NCBI RefSeq assembly: GCF_009914755.1
Contig: NC_060937.1
From: the human T2T-CHM13v2.0 reference genome, Homo sapiens
DNA length: 64,000 nt
Strand: one strand, 5' to 3'
Positions within the stretch are counted from its first letter, which is position 1, and each line of letters begins with the position of its first letter. Of this stretch, positions 41,009 to 56,988 are shown one piece after another. The notes under the pieces were generated by a model, which saw nothing but the letters and a program-made list of their open reading frames with translations, ran no database searches and was not told where the DNA came from. The translations under genes were made by a program, and so were the position numbers.

Positions 41009-41122
41009 TTGTATTTACTTTTGTTAAGTGTAAACACTTCACAAAAGTGTTGTGTTTACTTTTGTTAAGTGTAAACACTTCACAAAAGTGTTGTGTTTAC
41101 TTTTGTTAAGTGTAAACACTTC
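41009..41122. repeat. 41-bp minisatellite, ~2.8 copies, internally palindromic
   Basis: Unit ttgtgtttacttttgttaagtgtaaacacttcacaaaagtg starts at 41009 (one substitution), 41050 and 41091 (partial). Confidence 0.95.
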
Positions 41123-42941
41123 TTTTGTAATACTCTTTTGTAGTATTTTTCAACTACACCAAAAATACTGCTTTCTTTCCTTTTTACTAAGACCACTCAC
41201 CCCTTTTGTACAAAATAGATATTCCCAGATCTGCTTCGTACCCGATAACATCTTTTAGCATATAACTTATCTTTATATATTACTGCTCTCAGATCTTGAT
41301 GTAAGGGGCTCATCAGTGTTTACAGACTTATCTGATATGTTTTTATTGTAATGGTGCATGAAATATTCCAAACTTCAGACTATATGATTTACACAATGTT
41401 GGAAGATGGGAAACTTTCCTGCTTGGTGATTTCACATTCAAAATATAACATTCTACATCATCTATTACCAAATATCAAAATTATACTTATTGAAAATATA
41501 ATTCCAGAATGAATGCATAGAAGGATGTAAATGAGAGTAGTGGATCAGAGTGGTAAAAGGGATTGAGACAATTCTGAATTTTTAAAGTAATCAAAACCTC
41601 CCTTTAAAGGTAAAACCTCAATACAGCTTTAGTTGGCTATTCATAGTGGAGGGAGAACACAAACATTGTATTTTCTTGTATTACAACTAATCTTCTGTAA
41701 CAAGATTTTTTCACTTGAATATGTATTTATTATTATCAATAAGTCCTTTTGACAAACAGATTACCAAGTAAAATCACTTATTTCAAAAGTTTTGAATAGA
41801 TTGCCATTGTCTGTAACTCCTAAATATTTAGATGTTGGCAGATGGTGAATTGTGATTTGGTTTGCCTAAAAATGTGAACTCAATACTCATATGAGTTTTT
41901 TATTATAATTTGATTATATATGTCTTCTTATTCTAACAGATATAATTTTGTCATACTTTTGTTATTGACTTTTAGTAGAAATATCATTTATAACATGCTT
42001 CCTTTCTTAAGACTCATATTGCTTATTCTGTTTCTAGGTTTTACGATGGGAGCTGCAAAAGTGTGCTTTAGAAAATGAGATTTTGATATATTTGCAAATT
42101 ACATTAAATGTGCTCCTGTCAAGTACAGCTAAGAATTCCTGAAAAGATTATTACTTTGGTCACTTGAGTCTTCTAAACACACAAAAAGCTTTTAATGTGC
42201 CCACTGAAGATAGATTATTTCCTCTGAAGAATTGTTTTTACAATTGCAATGACTTTTAGTTCTTAGACCTGAAAATTAAAACTACCTAGCTGAACAAAAT
42301 TAAGACATTAAAAAAATAAGCATTATGTCTTACATTATTACAAATAAGCACTAAAATAGTATTGAATAAAATAATATTTAAATACACAAATAAGAAATCT
42401 CATGGTCTGCTAAATCTATCTGTATATTTATTTATTTATTTATAATAAATTATATAATTCCACTTAAAGTAAAATTCCACTGGATATTTCTTAGAATATA
42501 GTAATTACAAAGGAGACCGTAGAAACCTTGAGAAAATGATGCAGGTATACCTTAGAGATTTACCTATAGAAGCGTGGGAAAACCCACTATATCTTTTTTC
42601 AAAGACTTAAGCTTCTGTTCAAGAATTATTTTCTATTTAAAGACTATAGTCACCAAGGGAAACCAAAACCTGGTATTAAAAGAAAGCTGTTCCATGTTGT
42701 GTTTACTGCCAGACTGTTGTTCGGAAACATTTTGTCTACCAAAATGAGTAACTTCCTTTCAATAAACCACATCAATTCTAATGTAGCTCTTTCCATAAGC
42801 ATTAGCTATATTGTTTTCAATATTTTAAAGAAGCATACCACTTGGTTCACTGTTTTCTCTTTATTTATTACTTGGGTCCCCTTCTTTCCTTCAGTACTCC
42901 ACCGGCATCAATCACCCAAGCCCCTATTAACACATAAACTA

Positions 42942-45897
42942 CAAGCCTGCCTCAAAAATACTGTGGCTCAGTTTTAAACCACCTCAAAAAAGTGAGTCAC
43001 ATACATTTTTTTTTGGTTTCCCAGTACATATAAAAGTTGTTTACACTATACTGTGTCTATTAAGTGTGCCACAATATTATATCTAAAATGAACAAGGTAT
43101 ATATCTTAATTTTTAAAATACTTTATTACTAAAAGAATGCTAACAATTATCAGAGTCTTTAGCAAGTCAGAATCTTTTTGCTGGTGGAGGGTCTTGCCTT
43201 GATGTCGATGACTGCTGACTGATGAGGGTAGTGGTTTCTGAGGGCTGGGATGTCTGTGGCAGTTTCTTGAAGACAAAAGTGAAGTGTGCTATATCAATTG
43301 ACTCTCATTTCATAAAAGATTTCTCTTAGCATGTAATGCTCTTTGATGCCACTTTCTCCACAGAACTTTTAAAATTATAGTCAGTCCCCTCAATCCCTGT
43401 TGCTGCTTTTTCAAGTAAGTTTATATATCATTCTCAATACTTGATTGTCATTATCACAATGTTAACTGCATCTTCATAAGGAGTAAATTTCAAGAATCAC
43501 TTTATCATCCATAAGAAGCAAATATTCATTGATTCTTCAAATATTATCAAGAGACTGGAGCAAGGCAGTCACAACTTCAGGATCCATTTTTAATTCCACT
43601 TCTCTGTTTATTTTCATTACATCTGCAGTTACTTCCTCCACTGAAGTTCTGAACCATTCAAATTCATCCTTAAGGGTTGAAATTAACTTCATTCAAGCTC
43701 CTGTTCATGTTGATATTTTGACCATCTTCTTTGAATAACAACTGTTCTTAATGGCATCTAGAATGGTGAATACTTTCCAGAAAACTTTCAATTTACTTTG
43801 GCCAGATCCATCAGAGGAAGAAGTATTTCTGGTAGCTATAGGCTTAAAAATATATTTCTTAAAAAATGAGACTTGAAAGTTGAAATTACTTCTCATTTCA
43901 TGGGCTGTAGAATGGATATTATGGTAGCAGATATGAAAAGAAGCTTCTTGTATATCTATTATTAGAGCTCTTGAGTGGCCATGTGCATTGTCAATGATCA
44001 GTATATTTTGAGAATACTTCTTTCTGAGCAGTAGGTCTCAATAGCAGGCTTAAAATATTCAGTGAACCATGCTATAAACAGATATGCTGTCATCCAGGCT
44101 GTATTGTTCCATTTATAGAACATACGCCAAGTAGATTTAGCATAATTCTTTAGGGCTCTAGAATTTTCAGAATGGTAAATGAGTATTGGCTTTAACTTAA
44201 ACTTACCAACTGGTTATTTACCCACAGGAAAAAAAAACAATAACACTATATCAAAGGGATACTAACACTCACAAGTTTACTTTAGCACTATTCACAACAG
44301 CAAAGATATGGAATCAACTTAAGCGTTCATCAAGAGATTAATGGATAAAGAATATATGGAAGATATAGTCAATGGAATAATATCTAGTCACAAAAAAGAA
44401 TAAAATCATGTCATTTGCAGCAACATGGAAGGAATTGGAGGTTATTATCTTAAGTGACCTAAGCCAGCCACAAGAAGGCAACTATCTCATGTTCTCTCTT
44501 TTACATGGGAGCTCAAGAATGGAATCACATGAAGGTAGAGAGGGGAAACATAGACAACAAAGACTGAGAAGAATGAGTGAGTGGGAGGGGAGAGAATGAA
44601 CAGAACTGGGTTAAACAGTACAAACATACAGTAAGATAAAATGAATATATTCAATGTTTGATAGCAGAGTAGGGTGACTATATGTAACAAAAATGCAATG
44701 TACTCTAGTGACAGACATCCTAAATACTCTGACTTGATAACTACACATTATATACATGTGACAGAATTTTTCAAGTATCCCATACATTTGTACAAAAAAA
44801 TTAAATAATTAAGTCACCAGCTACATTAGCCCTTAACAAGGGAGTCATCCAGTCATTTAAAGAATAGAAGCCAGACATTGATTTCTCCTTTATAGCTATG
44901 AAAGCCCTAAATGACATCTTCTTCCAATAGAAGGCTGTTTTCTCTACATTGAAATCTATTGTATAGTGTAGCCACCTTCATCAATTAGCTAGATCCTCTG
45001 GATAACTTGCTGCATCTTCCACATCAACACTTGCTACTTCGCCTTTCATGTTTATGTTATGAAGATGGCCTCTTTCCATAAAACTGATGAGCCAAGTCGG
45101 CTAGCTTTGAACTTTTCTTCTGTAGGTTCCTCATCTCTTTCAGGCTTCCAGAATTAGAGAGAATTAGGGCTTTGCTCTCCATTAGGTTTTGACTTAAAGG
45201 AATGTTGCAGCTGTTTTGATCTTCTATCCAGACTACTAAAACTTTCTCTATATCAGCAATAAAGCTGTTTTGCTTTCTTACTTTTCTAGAGAAACTTTTC
45301 TAATTTTCTAGAAAAACTTTTCTTTCACAATCACAACTTGGCTAACTGGTGCAAGAGACCTAGCTTCCAACTTGTCTTGGCTGTCAATGTGCCTTCACTA
45401 AGCTTAATCATTTCTAGCTCTTGATAGGAAGCGAGAGACATATGAATCTTCTTTTCATTTGAACACTTAGATGCCATTGTAGGGTTATTAATTGGCCTAA
45501 TTTTAATATTTGTGTCTCAGGGAATACGAAGACCTGAGAAGAAGAAGATCAATGTAGGAATGATTGGTTGGTGGAGCCATCAGAACACGCAATATTTATC
45601 TATTAAATTTGCCATCTTGTATGAATGCAGTTTGTGCTGACCTAAAATAATTACAATAGGAACATCAAAAATCACTGATCACAGGTCACTGTAAAAGTTA
45701 GAATAATAATGAAAAACTTTGAAATATTGTGAGCATGACCAAAATGTGACACAGAGAAATAAATTGTGCACTCGCTGTTAGAAAAACGGTGCTGATAGAT
45801 TTGCTGGGTGGAGGGTTTCCTCAAAACTTCAATTTGAAAAAAATACATTATCTGTGAAATGCAACAACATGAAGCAGAATAAAATACTGTATGCCCC
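42942..45897 (-). mobile_element. Near full-length Tigger1 DNA transposon (decayed transposase), interrupted by L1MA
   Basis: Degenerate TIRs ta|caagcctgcctcaaaaatactgtgg and aataaaatactgtatgccc. ORF 43705..43896 gives SSDGSGQSKLKVFWKVFTILDAIKN, a Tigger1/TIGD1 transposase motif. About 2.35 kb remains after removing the L1. Confidence 0.93.
44211..44805 (+). mobile_element. L1MA4/5-like 3' end inserted in Tigger1
   Basis: agcactattcacaacagcaaagatatggaatcaac...atgtcatttgcagcaacatgga...gatagcagagtagggtgactat. Degenerate TSD aacttaaacttaccaact / aatttaagtcaccagct. Confidence 0.9.
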
Positions 45898-46049
45898 CAG
45901 GTAGATTTTTGGTTTTTTATTCTTTCACACTTTGGCTTGTGGTCATCTGATTATATATATGGAAATGTGTGTCATTACTCATCTCATCAAAAATGTGACA
46001 GTTATTATGCACACATTTCTGAATTTATCACTCAATGCTAGGTGTCATT

Positions 46050-46600
46050 GCTTTAATACATTGGTAATGGTCCAATATATGCTTTGAAATTGTTTTAGAA
46101 AAGCATTGACCAATTGATATTTTATTATTTGTAGTCCTCTTTTTGTGATCGCAAAGTATGTGAAAATAAACATCTTTGAACTTCTCTTCTCATAAACAAG
46201 TGTGTTTTTTACTCTTAGGGATGGGTTCCCAGAAATGGAATTGTTGGAACAAAGTGTACACGCAATTTTAATTTTTGTAGATGTTGCCAGATGGCTTTGT
46301 AAGGTTTTTTTTAAACAATTCACATCTCTTCTAGCATTGTAGGAGAGTACTTTAAGCCTGCATTCCTGTTGACAATAGATGTTATTACTCATTTCAGTTT
46401 TGTCAGACTGATATGTGTAATGTGATATCTCATTCTTACTTCAACTTGCATTTCCCTGACTAGCAGTACATTTCAGCATATTTTCATATGTATGCTGGTC
46501 ATTTGAATTTGCTGTTATATGACTTGCATTTTCATATTCCTGCCTTTTTTTCTATTATTTTGGGGGGTTAGTCCTTTGTATGTAACACACGTTGTGTTTA
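46050..46600 (-). mobile_element. Old L1ME fragment
   Basis: cccagaaatggaattgttgga..., gatatctcattcttacttcaacttgcatttccctgactag. Confidence 0.65.
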
Positions 46601-46899
46601 TATTACAAGTATTTTTAATTTAAATTCAATTGCTTTTCTGTTAATCTTCTCAGTATTACTTTTTCTAAATAAATACAGTCTGCCTTTTAAATTACAGGGT
46701 TTTTTTTAGTTCAGAATATACTAAACTCCCCTAAGATTGTAAATGCACATTCAGGAATATTTTTGTAGGGCTTTTATTTTTTAAAGCATCTATTTTTCTA
46801 TTCTAAGATATATGCCCAGGTTTATACTATCAAACTTTATTTTACAAATTTACTTATCTTGCACCTCTTGCAATCGGCGTTACTATCTTTTAAAATATT

Positions 46900-49312
<2,413 letters not shown>

Positions 49313-49836
49313 TACTTTTAATTAATTAATTTATTTTAATTGATAAATAAGGTGGAATATATTTATCATATAAAACATTATGTTTTGAAATATATGTACA
49401 CTGTGGAATGGCTAAATAGAATTTATTAACATATGAATTACCTCACATTCTTTCATTTTTTGTGGTGAGAACACTTAAAATCTACTCTCAGTGATTTTTA
49501 AGAATACAACACATTGTTTTTAATTACAGTCATCACATTGCACAATAGACCTCTTGAACTTATTTCTCTAATGCGAATGAAATTTTGTATCCTTTGGCCA
49601 ACATCTCCTCAACCATACTCCCTCCCACAACCGCAGCCTCTGGTGGCCACCATTCAATTCTGTGGCACTGTGAGTTAATATTTTTAGGTTCCACATAAAA
49701 GTGAGGTCATGCAGTATTTGTCTTTCTGTGTCTGGCTTATTTCACTTAACATTATGTCCGTAATGTCCTATGGATTCATCTATGTTGTCATAAATGACAG
49801 GATTTTTTTCTTTTTAGAAGTTGAATAGTATTTCAT

Positions 49837-49838
<2 letters not shown>

Positions 49839-49868
<30 letters not shown>
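49839..49868. repeat. (TG)15 microsatellite
   Basis: Pure tg run. Confidence 0.95.
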
Positions 49869-49870
<2 letters not shown>

Positions 49871-49890
49871 TGATACATATAAATCCAGTG

Positions 49891-50096
49891 TGATGTAGGA
49901 TTTTTCTTCTCAGCCACTTTGCAAGCTGGGACTTCTGGCCAGCAACTCCCTGCCCAGGCCCTGCTCAGCTACAGCGGCATGCCCAAACTCAACTGTGTTA
50001 TAGCTTGTACCCATGTTCGACGGTTTCTGAGGTCTTATACCATGCCCAAGAAGAATGAGGATACACTGGACATTAAGTGGTGAGAAGGGCAGAGAA
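49891..50096 (-). mobile_element. Partial LTR27-like fragment (3' end of LTR only)
   Basis: tgatgtaggatttttcttctcag...tggtgagaagggcagagaa is collinear with 50712-50920. Confidence 0.88.
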
Positions 50097-50711
50097 TATA
50101 AATCCCAAGTTCATTTTCTTTATTCTTTTATCCATTGATGAACACAGTTTGATTCTATAGCTTAACTATTGTGAATAATACTTCAATGAACATTGGTGTG
50201 CAGTTCATTCTCTGACATGCTGATTTCATTTCCTTTGGATATATATCCAGGGGTGAGATTACTGGATCATAGGGTGACACTATTTTTATTTTTTTGAGAA
50301 ACATTTTTGCGTTTTCCATAATGGCAGTATTAATTCATATTCCCGCCAACAATGTATACAAGGCTTCCCTTTTCTTTATGTGCTCACCAACACTTATCTT
50401 TTATCATTTTGATAATAACCCTTTCTAACAGGTTTGAGGTGGTATCTCATTCTGGTTTTATATTTCCCTGAGGATTAGTGATGTTGAGTATTTTTTCTCA
50501 TATACCTGTTGGCTATTTGTGATTCTCATTTTTAGAAATGTTTAATTAGGTACTTTGCTCACTTTTAAATTAGGTTGTTTTCATACTACTGAGTTGTTTA
50601 ATTTTTTATATGGTTTGGTTATTAGACACTTATATGCATGGTTTGCAAATATATTATCCCATTTCATAGCTGTCTCTTCACTCTGTTGTTTTTTTTTTTT
50701 TTCTTTGGCTG

Positions 50712-51340
50712 TGATGTAGGATTTTTCTTCTCAGTCAGTTTGCAAGCTGGGGACTTCTGGCCAGCAACCCCTTGCTCAGGCCCCGCTCAGCCACATTGGT
50801 GTGCCCAAGCTCACCTGTATTATAGCTTGTATCCAGGTTTGGTGGTTTCTGAGCTCTTATACCATGCCCAAAAAGAATGAGGATATGCTGGACACTGAGT
50901 GGTGAGGAGTGCAGAGAAGAATTATATTGAGTAATGAACAAGCTTTCAGTGAAGAGAGAACACGGGGATGGTCCCTGTACTCAAAGGTGGGAAATTCCCA
51001 GCATGTGGCTGAGTCTGAGGCCTTTTATGGACTCAGAATGGGGAGTGTGTGCTGATTGGTTTGTGAGTATGCAAAAAAGTTAAAGGGAAGACACCACTCA
51101 AAGGTGGCCACAACAGTGTAGAAAACCAATTAGGAAAGCGTAGGTATATTTAAACTAGGTGAAGTGTGGGGATCAATCAAGGGAAGCATGCCAAACAGGA
51201 AGACAAGTTCTCACTCTGGTCCGAGGATTTAACTTTTAGCTTGGCTTTAAGGTTTTAAGCTGTCTTTCGCTCAGAGGTGAGGTTTCATCAGGGATCCATC
51301 CCTATCTGCCCAGGCATTTGGCTACCTCCTGTAACTATCA
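50712..51340 (-). mobile_element. ERV1 solo LTR, LTR27-like
   Basis: 629 bp, TG...CA termini, perfect 4-bp TSD gctg (50708-11 and 51341-44). Removing it restores the L1 motif tttgctgtgcagaagctttt. Confidence 0.9.
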
Positions 51341-54300
51341 GCTGTACAAAAGCTTTTTCACTTGATGTATTCCTATTTGTCTGCTTTTTGCCTTTGTTGC
51401 CTAGACTTTTAGGGTCATATCCAAAAAATTATTGTCCAGAAAAACGACATGGGGCTCTTCTCCTATTTTTGCTCTTAGTAGTTTTAAAGTTTTGGAACTT
51501 ACATGTAAGTCTTTAATTCATTTTGAGTTGATTTTTGTATGTGGTGTGAGTCAAAGGTCTAATTTTATTCTTCTGTATGTCAATATTGAGTTTCCCAATA
51601 CTATTTATTAAAGAGACTGTAATTTCCTCATTGTGTATTCTTGATTTATGTAAAAAATTAATTGACCACAAATGCACAGACTTTCTTGTGGGCTGTCTAT
51701 TTTGTTCCATTGGTCTATGTGTCTGTATGCCAGTACTATACTTTTTTAATTACTAAAACTTTGTGTTATGTTTCAAAATCAGGTAGTCTGATGTCTCCAT
51801 CCTTTTTCTTTTTGCTTAAGAATGCTTTGGATTTGGGGGTCTTTTATGGATCCATACAAATTTTAGGATTGTTCTTATTTCTGTGAAAAATTTCATTGGA
51901 ATTTTAGTAAGGATTGTATTGAATATCTGAATCATTTTGGATAGTACGGACATTATAACAATAATGTAGGTAATTCCTCCAATCCATGAACATGTGCTTT
52001 CACATTGTTTGTGTCTTCTCCAATTTTTTTCACCAATCTTTTAAAGTTTTCAGGGTACAGAAATTTTGTCTCATTGGTTAAATATTTTCCTATGTAATTT
52101 TTGTAGTTATTGTAAATAGAATTTTTTTTATTTATTTCTTTTTGACATAGTTCAGTGTTAGCATGTGGAAACACTAATAATTTTTAATTGTTTATTTTGT
52201 ATCCTGATACTTTACTGAATTAGTTTATTAGTTATAGTAGTTTTGCAGGAATCTTTAGGGCCTTCTGTACCTAAGATCATACTGTCTCCAAACAAGGACA
52301 TTTTAACTTTCTCCTTTTAAATTTGGATATCTTTTTTTTTCTTTCTCTTGCTAAATTATTCTGGCAAAAACTTTTAGTAGAATGTTAAACAGAAGTGGTA
52401 AGAGTCAGCACTTTGTCTTGTTCCTAAACATACAGAAAAAGGTTTTGACTTTTCACTATTTACTATAATGTTAGTTGTGATTTTTGTCACATATGGCCTT
52501 TATTGTGTTGATATAACTTCCTTTATACATAAATTATTGAAAGTTTTTATTATAAAAGAATGTTGAATTTTGTCAAATGCCTTTTCTGCAAATATTGACA
52601 TGCTTATATAGTTTTTGTTCTTAATGCTGTTAATGTTGTCTGTCACATTTATATATTTGAGTGTGTTGAAACATTTTTGTATCCCTGGAACAAATCTCAC
52701 TTTATCATGGTGAATGTTCCTTCTGATTCATTTTAATTAGCTAGTGTTGTTTTGAAGATTTCTGCATGGGTTTTCATCAGGAAAATTCTGTTCTGGTAGT
52801 GCCCTTGTTTATCTTTAGTATCTAGGTAAAACTGGCCTGGTAAAACGAGATGGAAGCATCCCTACTTCTTTATATATTTGAATGCGGTGATAATGATTGG
52901 TATTAATTCTTAAATGTTTGGTAGAAATCAGCAGTGAAGCCATTAGGTCCCGGGCATTTTTTTGACAGCAGACTTTTTATTACTGATTCAATTTCCTTAG
53001 TTGTTAATGGTCTGTTCAGGTTTCCTATTTCTTCATAATTCAGTCTTAGAAGGTTGTATATATTTAGAAATTTATCCATTTCTTCAAGGTTATGCATTTT
53101 GTTGGGGTTTAATTATTCATCCTAGTTTCATGACCCTTTGTATTTCTGTAGTATCAATTGTAATGTACCTTCTTTTTTTCTGATTTTAATTACCTGAATT
53201 TTTTCTTTTTTTCTCAGTCTACCTACAATTTGTGTATTTTATCTTTTCAGAAAACCAACTCCCTTTTTAAAACTGTTTTCTAGTGTCTGTTTTATTTCTG
53301 ATCTGATATTTAATGTTTTATTCTTTTTATTTTCTTCGGTCTTAGTTTGTTCTTTTTCTAATTCCTTGAGGTATAACAGTTTGTTTATTTGAAATTTTTA
53401 TTCCTTATTTATATAGGCATATATTGTTATAAATTTCTGGATCTGCTTTTGTTGTGTTTTTAAAATTTTGGTATATGTTCATGTTTATTACATTATAATA
53501 TTTTTAAATTTTATTTTTAAATTTCCTCTTTGCCCCGTTGGTTGTTTAGAAGCATGATGTTTAATTTACATGTATTTTTAGATTTTCCAAAATTCTTCCT
53601 GATACTGATTTCTAGATTCATACCATTATGGTCCAAAAAGATACTTGATTTGATTTCTATATTCTTAAATATGTCAAGACCTGTTTTGTGGACTAATATA
53701 TGATCTATTGTGGAGAATGCTCTCTCTGTGCTTGAGAAGAATGTATATTCTGCTGCTGTTGGATGGAATGTCCTGTATGTCTTTTAGGTCTATTTTGTAT
53801 CAAGTGTAGTTTATATCCAATGTTTTTATATTGATTTTCTGTCTCAATACTCTGTTCATTGCTAAAAGTGGGTTATTGAAGTCCCTTAATATTGTCGTAT
53901 TATAGTCTATGTCTCCCTTCCAATCTACTAGTATTTTACATATTTCAGTGTTTCAATATTGGATGCACGTATATTTACCATTTCTTCCTGGTTAATTGAT
54001 TTATCATTATATAATGACCTTCTTTGTCCTATTTTATAGTTTTTGAATTAAAGTCTTTTTTTTTCTAATATAGGTACTGCTCATTTTTTGTTTCCCTTGG
54101 TACCTGGCATATCTTTTTCTATTCTTTCACTTTCACTCTATATGTATCCATAGAAGTGAAGTGAGTCTCTTGCAAGAAGTATGTAGTTGGGTCTGGTTTC
54201 TTTATCCATTCAGCCACTCTATGCCTTTTGATTAAAGGATATAAGTCATTTAGATTTAAAGTTATTGTTTACTTCTGCTATTTTTAAATTGTTTTCTGTT

Positions 54301-54739
54301 GTTTTATAAGCCCTTTGTTCTTCTCTTCCTTTTGCTGTTTGCCTTAGTGATTAGATTACTTTCTTTAGTAATGTACTTTTATCCTTTACTTTTTCTCTAT
54401 TGTGTATCTTACTGAGGCTTACAAAATATCTCATAATTATGACATACATTTTTAAGCTCATAAATTCATGTCTTTTGGATAAAATACACTACATTTTTAC
54501 AACAACCCCTGACCACATTTTAAATTAATGTCACAGTTACATCTTTTTATACCGTGTGTCCCTTGTAAAATTATTGTAGGTATTATTATTGTAGTAGTGT
54601 TGTCTTTTAAACTTTATTCTAAATTTACAAGTGATTTACACATTATCGTTACAGTGTTAGAGTTTTCAAATTTGACTATATACTCACTTTTACTTTTTTA
54701 TCTATATCTAACTTTTTCTTTTTTAAATGTAGGTCTATG

Positions 54740-56620
54740 TTTCTGACTCATTTCATTCTCCATGTTTCTGAAGAAGTTATTTAAACTTTTCTTTCAAGGC
54801 CGGTGTCCTGGTGACAAATTCATTCAATTTTTGTTCGTCAAGGAAGTCTTTAATTTATTTTTCAATTTTGAAGAATAATTTTACTGAATAAAGAAATATA
54901 AGCTGGTGTTTCATTTTGTTTTTCTTTCAACAATTTAAAATGTCACTCTACACTTTTGCTAAAAATGTTTTTGGAGAAGTGCAGTGTAATTCTTCTCATT
55001 GTTTCTCTGGAGGTAAAGTGTTCTTCGTTTCAGGCTTTTTTAAAGATTTTATGTTTGTCTCTGGTTTCGTATACTTTAAATATAATATATCTAGGTGTAG
55101 ATTTTTTAGTATTTATCTTGGTTGCTGTTCTCTGAGCTTCCATAATCTGTAATTTAGTGTCTGTCCTTAATATTTTTAAAAATCTCAGCCATTATTACTT
55201 CAAATTATTCTTCTGTTCCTTTTGATCTTTCTTCTCTTTCTTTTATTACAATTATGCATATGTTACATATTTTATAATTATCTTATGGTTTTTGAAAATC
55301 CTGTTTTATAGTTTTGAGAGTTTTCTCCTTGTATCTTAGTTTCAAATCTATGGTTTATCTTCAAGCTTATTGATTTTTTCACTGGCTGTGTGCACTCTCT
55401 GATAAGCCCATATAGGAGATCCTTCATTTTTGTTACTAGGTTTTTTTTATTTTTAGCATTTCCTTTTGATTTTTCTTTGTTTCCACATCTCTGCTTATAC
55501 TATGCATATGTTTGTACATGTTGTCTACCTTTTTCATTATAGCACTTAAAATATTTATCATAGTTATTTTAAATTTCCTTTGTGATAACTTCAAAATCTT
55601 TGTCTTACCCTGTTTCTGATGCTTGCTTCCTCTCTTCAGACAGGGCTGGTGTGTTACCTTTAGCATATTTTTTGGTAGAAAGCCAGACAAAATTATTACA
55701 TAATAGGAACTAAGGTAGATAGGTTTTTAGTGTGACGTTTTATGTTGTTTTGGCAAGAAATTAGACTGCGTTTACTGCTTTCTGTAGCTATCATGTCAGT
55801 GGCGAAAGTTTTTTCTAGTAATCTTGTTTTGTCTCCCTGCTTATGTTTGGATTTTTCAAGAGATATCTTAAATGGATTGAGGCTTGCAGTTCTTTTAGCT
55901 GTAATCTGTTACTGTACAGGAACCCTGTCGATGTGGTCGTAAACTGTGTGACAAGGGGAGGTGTACTGTAGACCTAGGTATTAGGTCTTTTGGTAATTAG
56001 GTATTAGTCTCGTAGTAATCTTTAGTTGGCTATTCCTCTTCCCCAATATCAGCGGTTAAAGGGGGCTACAGTTGGGAATATCCCTTCTCTCAGATAGGTA
56101 AGTCTTTGGTAATCCCCCAATCCGCTTTGATATACAGTTTTACCTAAAAATGAGCCTTGTTAAGGACAACAGGGAGCTCTGAGACTACTTCCAAGTGGTT
56201 ACTTTTCCCTCCCCCAGCCAGAAACAGGAAAATATTTTCTTCAACAGTTACCCTGAGAACTGGGTAGGTTTCTGGAAGTAAAACACACAACGGTGTGTCT
56301 TCTTGCCCCTTCAGAGCTTTTAACTGTCAAGGTAGGTTACACTGAGCCTTTTGCAATTAATACATTACATTTTCAAGTGCTCTTACCGATACTGGTTCCA
56401 GCTGTGGGCTTCTGCTCCTGGGCTGCTGCTGTGAATAACCTATTAATTTCTGTATCTGTCTGTCTGACTAAACAGGTTTTAGGACAGCAGTTTGCCCTGC
56501 AACTTTATCTGATGGATCTAAAGATAATCGATTTTTATTTTGCTTTGCTTTTATTTTCCTTGTTGTGAAAGTGGGAGTAATGGTTTCCAATGCTCTTATG
56601 TGTTAGACTAGAAACTGAAA
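54740..56620 (-). mobile_element. Old L1M ORF1 and 5' region
   Basis: ORF 55436..55690 (FKITMINIL..IMKKVDNM..ISRDVET.KKNQKEMLKIKKT) is L1M ORF1-like. It may be continuous with a neighbouring L1. Confidence 0.7.
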
Positions 56621-56988
56621 GGCCCTGGCTGTGTTTGTTTGTTTGTTGAAAAAGAAGGTTTTCTTTCTGTTTCAATATTCTCTGCAATTATAATTTTGAA
56701 TTAATCAAGTTTATGGCAGAAAAAAATACTTTCTTTTTAAATTAATAACCTCTCTGTTTATTTTTCTCAAATTATTTTTAGTATAGTTTTATTCCCTTGG
56801 AAAAAATATCCAGCTACAGTAATCAATACATTTATTTAACCATTTGTAGTGCATTCCTGAATTATTTTTGTAGAAATGTTAAATGGAAACATCCTTAGTA
56901 TGGAATGTTTCTAAAAGAAGGATCATAAATCATTTCTGAAACTCACCTACTGGTTGTATAACAATAAAATATATGACATGATCTAAAT

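Larger units (their letters stand above)
49315..54700 (-). mobile_element. Long L1MA (L1MA6-like) element, 3' UTR through ORF2, carrying two LTR27-like inserts
   Basis: 3' UTR tgtggaatggctaaat...ttttttgtggtgagaacacttaaaatctactctc. ORFs 52500..52700 (SIFAEKAFDKIQHSF) and 52903..53097 ([26 protein letters not shown]) are L1 ORF2. Confidence 0.9.

Noticed and set aside
41009-41122. CRISPR-like array (palindromic ~32-bp repeats with short linkers)
   Set aside because: The linkers are identical (acaaaagtg), there are no unique spacers or cas genes, and the context is primate DNA. It is a tandem minisatellite.
42542-42561. Tigger1 TIR-like word caggtataccttagagattt
   Set aside because: It is isolated, with no following Tigger sequence or partner TIR, and is probably chance.
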